Shown piece after piece: positions 35,496 through 44,900 of a stretch of 64,000 nucleotides of DNA; the first letter of the stretch is position 1; each line of letters starts with the position of its first letter. The DNA comes from an uncultured virus (IMG/VR IMGVR_UViG_3300008954_000038). Taxonomy: Duplodnaviria > Heunggongvirae > Uroviricota > Caudoviricetes. The notes under the pieces were generated by a model. That model worked only from the letters and a program-made list of their open reading frames with translations, did no database searches and was not told the origin of the DNA. The stretch lies in the IMG/VR virus record IMGVR_UViG_3300008954_000038; one strand, written 5' to 3'. Position numbers and translations under genes: made by a program.

Positions 35496-37237
35496 TGAAG
35501 ATATCGGGATACAGAACAAGAAAAATATCAGTTGCCGACAGCTCTGCGGTCGCTTTTGATCTTGATATGGAGGTTACAAGCACTACCGGAGAGGCTACTT
35601 TTGGTATCTCTGGTCTTCTTGGTGCTCACTATAAAACAGCAGCTTTCGTTTTTAAAAGTGGTAGAGTTTTTGATCCAGAAGGCAGAAATGTTTATTCTTA
35701 TTTAAAAAATAAAAACATAAACTTAAAAGGTACTTTTCTTCCTGAGACTTATGACTATTTTATTGATAATAATTTAGTTTGCTCGATAGGTAAGAAGGAT
35801 GATTTTAAGATTAATAGTTTCTTTTTCGATTCTAATGGTTGCGAAATAGAAATAAACGATTTAAATATTTATGCTCCTGTAGGTACTCTAGATATGGACT
35901 CTACCCTGCAGGCAGGTGTCTTTGGTAGTAGTGGAACAGCTGGATCAGCTGGAAGCGCAAATGCGATAGTAGGGTCTTCTGGTCCGGGAGACACTATTGT
36001 TTTTGAGGATACTTTAACTTTTAATAAAAACACAAGCTTAAAGGGGAGTATCCTTTCTGGAGAAGTTACTTTAGGCCATGAATTTTTTGCTTTTGATAAT
36101 TCCGAGTCTTATATAACTAGCCTGACCGACGTAGCAGGAAACACGAAAAAGAACCTAAATTTAATATCTCAAACTGAATTAGCTGAACGTATTTATCCTA
36201 TAGAGGTAAATTTTTACACAACTTTTGGGAATATAACAGCAGGCGCTTTGATAACGGCTGGTGTTCCAGATAACCCAAGCGGAATAATAATTAATGTAGG
36301 AGGAGAGGGTTCTCCATTACAAAGTGGAGGGCATAGAAGGAACCATTCTTTCTCTGCAACAGAAGGAGACTTAACGAGCGGTGAGTTTTACTTTACCTAT
36401 TCTGCCGATCTAATGTCACCAACTGAAGCTAACCTTGGTTTGCCGTACAAAATATATTTTGAGCATGTAGAGGGAGACCATTCAAAGAAGTATGCTTTTA
36501 TAACTGGTGTCGAATTAAGCGGCAGCGGCCTTAATTATAATTATGAAAATGGCATTTATAGGGGTATTAGGTTTAGAACAGGAGATGTTGGGGAAACGAT
36601 TCCTTATAATGGACCCGGTAATGTTGGAATAGATGGAGAAACTTTTGGTCTATCTGTGTTAGACGAAGGCTCTGGCTTAATATCAAGGTCGTCTTCTTAT
36701 TCCACGATGATGACTGAGGCTCATATATCAAGCATAAGGACAAATCTATATACAGGAGACATAGCTGAGGGTTCGGAAAATATGGATTTTAATATTGGTA
36801 AAATGCAAGATGGTCACTTGATTACTCACTACCCTAATTCAGGTATAGCTGATATAGTTACCTTAATGCCTGTTCCAGAAAGTTATTCTGCCTCTTTAGA
36901 GAATTTGAAACCAAGTGGTGTAGCGAAAGTTTTCTCTTATACTAAGCCTGCTTCAGATTGGAAGCTATTTACTGGAGACCCATATTTATCTACTGATACT
37001 TATGTAGAACATACCATAACAGGTAAAGAAAACACGCCTTTAAGAAGGCATAATTATATAGAAGGAGAAAATGAGTTTTTCCTTAAGGCCGTCGTTCAGG
37101 CTAAAAATTATGTTGATTCCGACCCAATGGTGTATAGGTTGGTATTCAGTGGTGCCGATGGCTACACTTCGCAAACAAGAATAACGGGTACTGTTATGCA
37201 ATCTGGTTACGAACTACCGTTTTCACCCGTATTATAG
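35495..37237 (+). CDS. Tail-tip structural protein, unknown function (580 aa)
   Basis: TAATG-coupled to the hub gene; beta-rich and S/T/G-rich. Confidence 0.6.
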   Translation: MKISGYRTRKISVADSSAVAFDLDMEVTSTTGEATFGISGLLGAHYKTAAFVFKSGRVFDPEGRNVYSYLKNKNINLKGTFLPETYDYFIDNNLVCSIGKKDDFKINSFFFDSNGCEIEINDLNIYAPVGTLDMDSTLQAGVFGSSGTAGSAGSANAIVGSSGPGDTIVFEDTLTFNKNTSLKGSILSGEVTLGHEFFAFDNSESYITSLTDVAGNTKKNLNLISQTELAERIYPIEVNFYTTFGNITAGALITAGVPDNPSGIIINVGGEGSPLQSGGHRRNHSFSATEGDLTSGEFYFTYSADLMSPTEANLGLPYKIYFEHVEGDHSKKYAFITGVELSGSGLNYNYENGIYRGIRFRTGDVGETIPYNGPGNVGIDGETFGLSVLDEGSGLISRSSSYSTMMTEAHISSIRTNLYTGDIAEGSENMDFNIGKMQDGHLITHYPNSGIADIVTLMPVPESYSASLENLKPSGVAKVFSYTKPASDWKLFTGDPYLSTDTYVEHTITGKENTPLRRHNYIEGENEFFLKAVVQAKNYVDSDPMVYRLVFSGADGYTSQTRITGTVMQSGYELPFSPVL

Positions 37238-37249
37238 AGACTAAAAATC

Positions 37250-37684
37250 ATGGGACTTAAAAAAGCATTATTATATAAAGTATCACCAATAGAAGGTAAA
37301 ATTCCTGACCCTGCTGGAGACTGGACCTTGCCGAATAAAGGAAGTCGTTTTTATAGCGCAGACCGTAGGGTTTTATTGGTCCGCCATGTTTTTCCGCGTC
37401 GTGGCCCAAAGCAAGAGACAGATACAAATCTTCAGGATGAGGTAAAGGGTGATTTCTTCTACATAGATGTACCTAAGCATTTTTTTGCTCAATCAGAAGA
37501 AGAAAATGGGGAGTTGGGTGATTTTATAGCTAATCCTATTTATACGCATACAGACATATTGGTTGTTCAATGGACAGGCTACGGTAAATTTTCTGGGTGG
37601 ATAGATACTAATGTTCAAATGAGGGGTGCTGGAATCGGTACTGTTATAGAGCAAGGTGGAGTTGCTTGTGCAAAATGGAGTTGA
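37250..37684 (+). CDS. Hypothetical protein (144 aa)
   Basis: ATG ORF filling the gap in the tail operon; no family recognised. Confidence 0.65.
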   Translation: MGLKKALLYKVSPIEGKIPDPAGDWTLPNKGSRFYSADRRVLLVRHVFPRRGPKQETDTNLQDEVKGDFFYIDVPKHFFAQSEEENGELGDFIANPIYTHTDILVVQWTGYGKFSGWIDTNVQMRGAGIGTVIEQGGVACAKWS

Positions 37685-37693
37685 TGATATATT

Positions 37694-40600
37694 ATGTTGT
37701 TCTACTCTAATGTGCCCTTAGCCGAGGAAAACAAATGCCCAAGCCATTTACATCATAATAGGTTAGCTAGGCAGGTTAACCTTAGGCTTAAGCGCTCTGG
37801 GCCTGATTGCGCTTGGAGAATCTTCTATTATGCTGATAGTATATTTCTTGGGATGAGAAATACAGCTACCCCTCAGCAGCCTCTAGGGGTAAGCCCTGCG
37901 GAAGACGAGTGGTGGAAGGTGTACATGAACATTGAGTATCCTACCGCAAATACAGGCGAAGGTAATTGGCCTATGTCTTGGGCTGGTACGCCTCAAGGGG
38001 CAAACGTAATGAACCCTTTAAACGCCTTTATTTTTGGAAGGAAAACTGCTGAAAATAAATTGCTAGAAAAGATGGGTCCTTGGGCAGAGGGTAATAATTT
38101 TGACCATGGGGTAGTTGACTCTTCTCGTGCTGTACTCAGCAACAAGCAATATTGGGAAAGCGCTTTTAGGCAAAGGGGCGCTATGGCAGTTAACAGTAAG
38201 TATTCTGCTGGTTTTACGAGGTCTTCTTGGAGGGGTTATTCTTATTTTGGTCGGAATGTTTCTGCTGATTATTTGCCTAGTCCTTATGACCCTATATTTT
38301 TTAGTACAAGTTTATTTACTGCTGGCAGGACATACGAAAAATTTTTCAAAGAGTATGCTAGTAATACTATATATATGAGATACCCGCCCTCCATCAAGGG
38401 AGGTGTTCATGTTGAATATGGTTGGCCCAAGCCAGCTCCAAATGGGGTGTTAAAAAGAAAAAATGCTGCTAAAGACCTCTTAGGTTGGGGTCTTTGGGCG
38501 TATGCGTATTATTTCAAAGGAAGCGAGCAACAAAGAAGTATCTTTTGTGACAGGAGGCCTTGGAAATCTCAAGTTATAGACTTTTCAGCCACAAAGGCGT
38601 ATACAGGCCAACAAAGGCCTTTCGTAGAGAAAAGAGATGTTAACGGACCCTTAACTGTTTGTGATGTTGGTTTTGATTTTTATAAATATTATACTAGGCA
38701 AAATGTCTTTGCTCCTGCTGTCGCTTTGCCTCATTCATTGGGTGTTCCCGGGGGAGTAAGGGAGGCATATAGTCAGTACGGTGCTTATCAGGCTCTTGAT
38801 AAGTTAGGTAATCCAAAATTAGAACAATATAGGGTTTCTTACAAATACGAAATACCCGGCGTTAATCAGACCGCGGAGGAGGCTCGCGAGTTTGCTCGTT
38901 ATTCTTGGTGTTACAGAGATTATAAAAATTATCCTAACATAAGTGAAGGAGTAGAAAATTACGATTGGTTACAGCTTAGGAGAACAGGAAAGTTTTACGG
39001 GAAAACCCTTAGGGTTAGAAAGCAAGATATGAATCAGTACTTTAACTCAATTCTAGAGGACGGAGGAGAGAAAGAGGCGATTCAGAAGTACGCGGACAGA
39101 CATCTATTTGAATGTTATTATGATAACGCTAACTTAAACTCGCTCGGGAGCAAAAGCTTCTCTTTTAGAACGTTGGCTGGGTCTGGAGCAGATACTGAGG
39201 TATTCGATTACACAACAAGAAAATCCATTAATAGTTTCCCTGCTGTTCTAGCTGGTTATTATTTACAAACCACTGCAGTAGATAACCCAAGTATGAAGTT
39301 CAAGCTTCGGATATGGAAGGGTACTGCAAAAGCGGCAGTTCTATATGAAGCAGGAGATGAAATACCTGATGATAAATCAATAGGAGATATAAAAGAACAG
39401 GCTAAGAAGCCTAAGATAGTGCACGAGACAATAATAAGTAAAAAGTATAGCTATGCTATTAATAGAAACTTTGATAAAAAATATAATGATGGAAAAGGAG
39501 GAGCAAGAGCTTATATCTTTAATAAAATGCACTATTTTAAACAAGGTATATCTGATAAATATGGACCTTTGCGTTTTGAAATAGTTCCTGCTGAAAGAGA
39601 TGTAGATCCGCCTTATTCGAACGTGGTTATACCGTCAGAGAAAAAGTCGGCAAAGGATATGTATAGAGGGGATGGTTTGATATCTTTTGGGGATCCTTTT
39701 TCAGATACAATTAAGTATTATCAACCTGTCGGCCCAAATTACAAACCCTATATATCTTGGGAAGCTGGAATTGATTCGGTTCCCGGAGACACGCAGGCGG
39801 TGGGAGCTCAATATTTACGAATGCCTGATTATACGGGAGTGCGTACTGGGGATTTAGTTAGAATTAAATATAGATACAAAACAATAGGTGAAAAAGTCAA
39901 TTGGTCAACTAAGCATCGGTATTTACGAGGAGTTGAGAATATAACTGGATATGTAAGAGGTGGTCAGATTTTATTTGCGAGAAGAGTTGATGATAAACTT
40001 TATTTCTATGAGAGGCAAGATGGTTATCGGATGTTTGCTGCTGCTCCAGACGGTTCCTTACCGGGTCACGAAGGAGGTAACGTTAAAATTTATGAGGCTT
40101 TAGGTCGTTTTCGTAAAGAACAATTCAATGAAAATGCAACTCTCGCAGATAATGTAATCAATCACACGTATTTACCTACTAGAGATATTATTATAGAAAA
40201 AATGGAGCCTCCTCCGGAGACTTTTAAAGTTACATTGGATCTAGCTGTATTAGTAAAGACTAAGCCCACTTTTCAGGACGCATACGCTTTGCTGAGGGCG
40301 GCTACAGACAAGCAAAACAGAAGGAATACCGACTCTAATATAATATTTGGTGATGCACAAGGGGTAGGTACGGTTGGCCATCATTTTAGTGAAGCTAATA
40401 GAGTCTTTAATAATTATTATAAGTATGGTTCAGCTATGAACATATATGGCTCTAGCGTTGTTCCTGCGTTGCGTATGTATGTTTCAGCTAACCCTATTTA
40501 TGAATCAATGAGGAAGTTTGTGAGTTCTTTTATGCGGTTTTCGGATAGGAGAGACTTAATAAATTATACGGTAGAAAATGGTAGAGGGGTTTTCTATTTT

Positions 40601-41947
40601 AGAAGATTTTCTATTGGCCTGCCGAAGAGCGCCAAGGCTATTATATTTAGAAATATGGAAGGGGGCGTTGAGCCTTCTGGGTGGTTCGATGGGAGTGACG
40701 ATAGACCTGATTCTCTTAAGAAAGGTCATGTTAAATTTAACCCAATTAGACCCAATGTCAGATACAAAGTAAGTTGTCCTAGAGGCGGTGGGATATATTA
40801 CAAAAAAAAGCCTTACGGAGATGGGAAGACGTTTTGGGGAGAAGATCAAGAGCATATAGATAGTTATAGAAATTTAAATCCAGAAAGACACGGAGCTTTT
40901 CCAATAGATGGTATACGTAATGAAACAGCAACCCATTTAGTTCCCGGCGCAGTTGAATCTGGTGGTGTTTTTCAGGGAGAAACCAATGAGTGGATAATGT
41001 TTATGACGAGCTCTCATTATCATTGGGCGAATAGCAATATATATAAACCAGATGTCTATAACGATATTATGGGTTTTCTTAATAATAGGTGTCATCATAG
41101 ATCAAAAGAATACGAAAGGAGTTATGGTCACCAATATGATATGATTAGGACGGAGTTATGCAGGGTAATGCCGGGACCAAGAAATGATCCGGGGCCTAGG
41201 TTGCATATATTTATGTCTAAAAGTTCAAGTAATCTTACATATGTTTTCAATACAAATGACCCTTATCAAGGAAACTTGGGTTTGTATGCGGAGCATGAAG
41301 CGCCTCCTTATGATTATTATAGATCATGTCCGCCTATGACGCGTAGGCCTTATAGGATTAGGAGTGTGAAAGTGGTAAGCATGCCAATGAAAGACTGGAA
41401 CCCTACAGCATACAAAGTGAATGGAAAAGGGCCATCTGAAGTAGTTAGGGTGGAATTAACTAGGCCTTTAGCAGGAACAGGAAGACTTGGTGTGGGTAGA
41501 AGTGGTTGGCGTGGTGTTAATGCTGCAAAGCTTCAAAAGGAACCTTATAGAACAGACGAAAATGCGGTTATTGAGTATATACATCACGATGCAAGTAAAT
41601 ACTCTTGCAAAAGAAATATGATAGGAGATCATGGTGCGCTGTCAGATGTAGTAGAAGGTGTTGGCTATAGGCCTTTCGGTGCTTGTTATCCTAGATTTTA
41701 TTTTCTTAAGTTAATACCCAAAGTTCCTAAAGGGGCTCTTTTGGACACAGAGCCTTATGCTCAGATGGACTTTTATTTCAGGGCTATGAGTGGAGCTTTC
41801 GTAAATCCGTATTCAACACCGATTAAATACGGGCTTTACAAACAAACCAGCGTACTTAATTGGCAGTACGGAGAGTTGGCCTCAAGGTCTTCTGAAGAAG
41901 ACCCAACTTTGTATGAATATATCGACCCAAGAGACATCCAAAGTTAG
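37694..41947 (+). CDS. Large hypothetical virion protein (1417 aa; Y/W/R/K/P-rich)
   Basis: Long ORF in the tail operon; no family recognised. Confidence 0.6.
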   Translation: MLFYSNVPLAEENKCPSHLHHNRLARQVNLRLKRSGPDCAWRIFYYADSIFLGMRNTATPQQPLGVSPAEDEWWKVYMNIEYPTANTGEGNWPMSWAGTPQGANVMNPLNAFIFGRKTAENKLLEKMGPWAEGNNFDHGVVDSSRAVLSNKQYWESAFRQRGAMAVNSKYSAGFTRSSWRGYSYFGRNVSADYLPSPYDPIFFSTSLFTAGRTYEKFFKEYASNTIYMRYPPSIKGGVHVEYGWPKPAPNGVLKRKNAAKDLLGWGLWAYAYYFKGSEQQRSIFCDRRPWKSQVIDFSATKAYTGQQRPFVEKRDVNGPLTVCDVGFDFYKYYTRQNVFAPAVALPHSLGVPGGVREAYSQYGAYQALDKLGNPKLEQYRVSYKYEIPGVNQTAEEAREFARYSWCYRDYKNYPNISEGVENYDWLQLRRTGKFYGKTLRVRKQDMNQYFNSILEDGGEKEAIQKYADRHLFECYYDNANLNSLGSKSFSFRTLAGSGADTEVFDYTTRKSINSFPAVLAGYYLQTTAVDNPSMKFKLRIWKGTAKAAVLYEAGDEIPDDKSIGDIKEQAKKPKIVHETIISKKYSYAINRNFDKKYNDGKGGARAYIFNKMHYFKQGISDKYGPLRFEIVPAERDVDPPYSNVVIPSEKKSAKDMYRGDGLISFGDPFSDTIKYYQPVGPNYKPYISWEAGIDSVPGDTQAVGAQYLRMPDYTGVRTGDLVRIKYRYKTIGEKVNWSTKHRYLRGVENITGYVRGGQILFARRVDDKLYFYERQDGYRMFAAAPDGSLPGHEGGNVKIYEALGRFRKEQFNENATLADNVINHTYLPTRDIIIEKMEPPPETFKVTLDLAVLVKTKPTFQDAYALLRAATDKQNRRNTDSNIIFGDAQGVGTVGHHFSEANRVFNNYYKYGSAMNIYGSSVVPALRMYVSANPIYESMRKFVSSFMRFSDRRDLINYTVENGRGVFYFRRFSIGLPKSAKAIIFRNMEGGVEPSGWFDGSDDRPDSLKKGHVKFNPIRPNVRYKVSCPRGGGIYYKKKPYGDGKTFWGEDQEHIDSYRNLNPERHGAFPIDGIRNETATHLVPGAVESGGVFQGETNEWIMFMTSSHYHWANSNIYKPDVYNDIMGFLNNRCHHRSKEYERSYGHQYDMIRTELCRVMPGPRNDPGPRLHIFMSKSSSNLTYVFNTNDPYQGNLGLYAEHEAPPYDYYRSCPPMTRRPYRIRSVKVVSMPMKDWNPTAYKVNGKGPSEVVRVELTRPLAGTGRLGVGRSGWRGVNAAKLQKEPYRTDENAVIEYIHHDASKYSCKRNMIGDHGALSDVVEGVGYRPFGACYPRFYFLKLIPKVPKGALLDTEPYAQMDFYFRAMSGAFVNPYSTPIKYGLYKQTSVLNWQYGELASRSSEEDPTLYEYIDPRDIQS

Positions 41948-41958
41948 TGTAATTTATA
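41946..41958 (+). promoter_or_regulatory. AGTGTAAT-N3-TA motif overlapping a TAG stop
   Basis: agtgtaatttata followed by AAGGA repeats and the ATG at 41976. Confidence 0.6.
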
Positions 41959-41975
41959 GGAAGGAATAAGGATAA

Positions 41976-44900
41976 ATGCCGCTTAACGCAAAAAACGAGA
42001 ACGAAAATAATATAAAATTTATTGAAAAGTTCTTTGATCCAAACTCAGCAAAGTACGGCCCTGTAAATAGAAATTACCCTGAATTTAACTACAGGTTAAG
42101 AATGGCTGAGATTACGGACTTCTGGCCTTATTATTCCGAAATGGAGAGAGAGTCTTTTGAGACTGAGGCTCAATATAAAGCTAGGGTAAATACTTCTGGT
42201 AGGTTGTTTGGCAATCAGTTTATACTTTTAAATGATGTTATCCATAACGATGTAGATATCTCTGGTGCTATCTGGGGTGATTATTATGCGGGGGACGTTC
42301 CAGAAGCTATGTTTTACATAGAAAGATGTGAGCTTCTAGAAGGTGGCAAGGAGTACGAAGTACACACCAAAAACTTAAATGATAAAAACTTTATATTAGA
42401 TAGTTCTCCTCAGGTTATTTTCCCTATAAACCCAGATCTATCTGAAGATAAGGGCTACTACTGTTACAGAAGAAGCTCAGCTGTACAAAAAAACAACAAT
42501 AAATTATCAGCAATTCACTCTGGTTGGGAAAAAGTAGCAGAATTTTCTAACAAGGATATAAAAAATTATATAGATAATTTAAACCTTGGGGATAAAGATC
42601 CGGTTCCGCATGGTTTTTCTTTTATTGACTCTGGAGTCTCTGGTTATTCAGGTTGGACTAACGAATTGCAGACAAGTTATAAGGTGCTTGACAGTGGTTC
42701 TGTGGAGAATGTTTCTGACAACCTTTTTTACTTGCGTAAATCTAGGACAATCAACTATATGAGTGACCCTAGTAAAACTTACACTTTGGAGAGAAAGGTG
42801 GGGAGAGCAAGTAATAATTCCACAACTAATCCTCCCGCTTGGGAGCTCGTTAGTCCTCAGGCTGAGTTTCCTTATACTGATAATGAGGTGCTGTCTGATA
42901 CGGTAACCGGAGACATAGACTTTAAAGTAAGCGGCGTGTATGATGTAGTTAAGCCCGCTGGCAGTTACGCCGAAAATGGTTTAGACTATTTTCAGGTAGA
43001 TATGATAGAGGACTGGGGTAAGTCTGAACAGAAAAGTTATACATTTAATCAGGACTCAAAAGAATTACTCTTCGAAAGTGGGGAAGCTTTAAGAATTGTA
43101 CAAAAGGCAAATTCTTATTATTCGCCTCCTCCGGTTGAATCACGTCGTATACTTGGAACTATTGAGACCTCATTTAGCCCAAATTCCACAGGGGTTAGCG
43201 GTTCTGTAACTGGAGCTGATAATGCTGAAAATTTTTATCGACTAGAGTATCAACTCATTCCTAAGCAAAGAGAATTTAAAAAGCTTTATTACGAAACTGG
43301 GGTTTTTGATAATGTTAGCGTCGGAGATAGGGTATTTTTTAATAGTGGGGCAGATCAGCAGGGAGATTATAATCCTATAGAGACCAACTTTTTTGGAGAT
43401 AGTGTAGATGAGCTAGACTCTAGATCTCCTATCGCAGAAGAAATGGGACAAGCTAGAAAAGAAGAGTATATAGGTCCTTCTTTAGTTTCTGGCATGTTTC
43501 ATACTATAGAACCAAAAGAAGCAATAAATAATGAATCAAGCGGGTTGGGTTGGTCCCATTATTCTTCTGGAGAAAAATATCTGGTTGTTCCCAAGGGAGG
43601 ATACAGTAGTTTAGACTTTGAGTCTGATACAAGCTTAGTCTCTTATTCTGCGGGAGAAGTCAGGAATACTTTCTACCAAGGCCACCAAAGCTGGGGTGAC
43701 GAAAATACGCAATACGCTTTAACTGAATATAGAAGCTTTGATCCAGTTAGCAATACAGAGGAGCCTTATGTCTACAATAAAGAAAGAGAAATAAGGATAA
43801 GCGATCAGGCTTTATGCTTAGGAGATTCTGCGACGGAGCTGCCTGACAGAAAGAATCCGGTGAAAGTTTTTCTTCTTGATTTTGAATATGGTTCAGATCA
43901 AATTTTTAGAAACGCTAGTATATTAAATATAGATTCTATTGATGGTTCTGTAGATATATCAAATCTAAAATCCAATAAAGAAGAATACGAAAGAAAACCT
44001 AATTTATTTTTCGAAAAAGAATATATAGCTAGCCTAACTATATTAGCTACAGGGCAAAAACAAGATCATGATATTTCTACTTTAAAAGAAATGATTTCAA
44101 CAGAGCGTGGTGCTGGAGCTTCTGTGTTTTATCTAGAGAGAGATATTTATATTGACTCTGATATAACTACTCAATCCAACTTAGTTTCCCCTACTGTTTT
44201 CTCGACTGGTTTAGGTGGTGCGTCAGATCCTTTTATTCTTAATGAAAATTCTATTAATCCTTTAGTAAGGGGTGAAGAGAAGCTTTACCTTACTGAGACT
44301 TATCATAAGACGCCAAAAGAATATCCGTTTACTGATAGTAGCTACTTTATTAAAAGGCCCGCCATAAGTGAAACCTTTGAATATAAAAATGATGCTGGTA
44401 GTGAAGAGAAAAACTTTTCTTTAACTAATATAGAAAGCGATTGGTCTTATAATCCTGACAATTTTAGCTGTTCTTTGGGTTATGGGGGGTCTGTAAATGT
44501 AGATGGTTATAGCGTGCTATCTTATAGAGGTGTTTCTCTTACTGGTTCGGCTTCTGAAAATGACATAACAAAAGCTGGATCAACTGCAGGAGAGAGGGAC
44601 ATAACGTTCACCCCTTTGAATACAGGAGTATACTACGAAATCCAAGCTAGGTACACTGACTCTAGTTATAACTGGACGGATGTATCTCCGGCTATAGATA
44701 TACACGACAATACTAGTTTTCCAATTAAGTTAAAAAATGATATTTTCACATCCAGTGATACAAACTTGGAGATAAGAGCTCTTGAGTGGAATAAATCTCA
44801 CATAACTACTGAAATAAATTCTCAACGCCTTATAAACGAGTCTTCTGATAGCTTAATCCTTAAATCTGAAGCTAGTAATGTTTTTTACGATTGGTCTAAG

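Noticed and set aside
29964..37684. Stop-codon reassignment (TAG to Gln): many tail genes end in TAG, and the ORFs after 32117 and 37237 are in frame with the preceding gene
   Set aside because: ORFs of 2063, 2619 and 6243 aa contain no internal TAG under code 11 and coding density is already near complete. Other TAG junctions are out of frame, and the gene at 32139 has its own SD and upstream motif.
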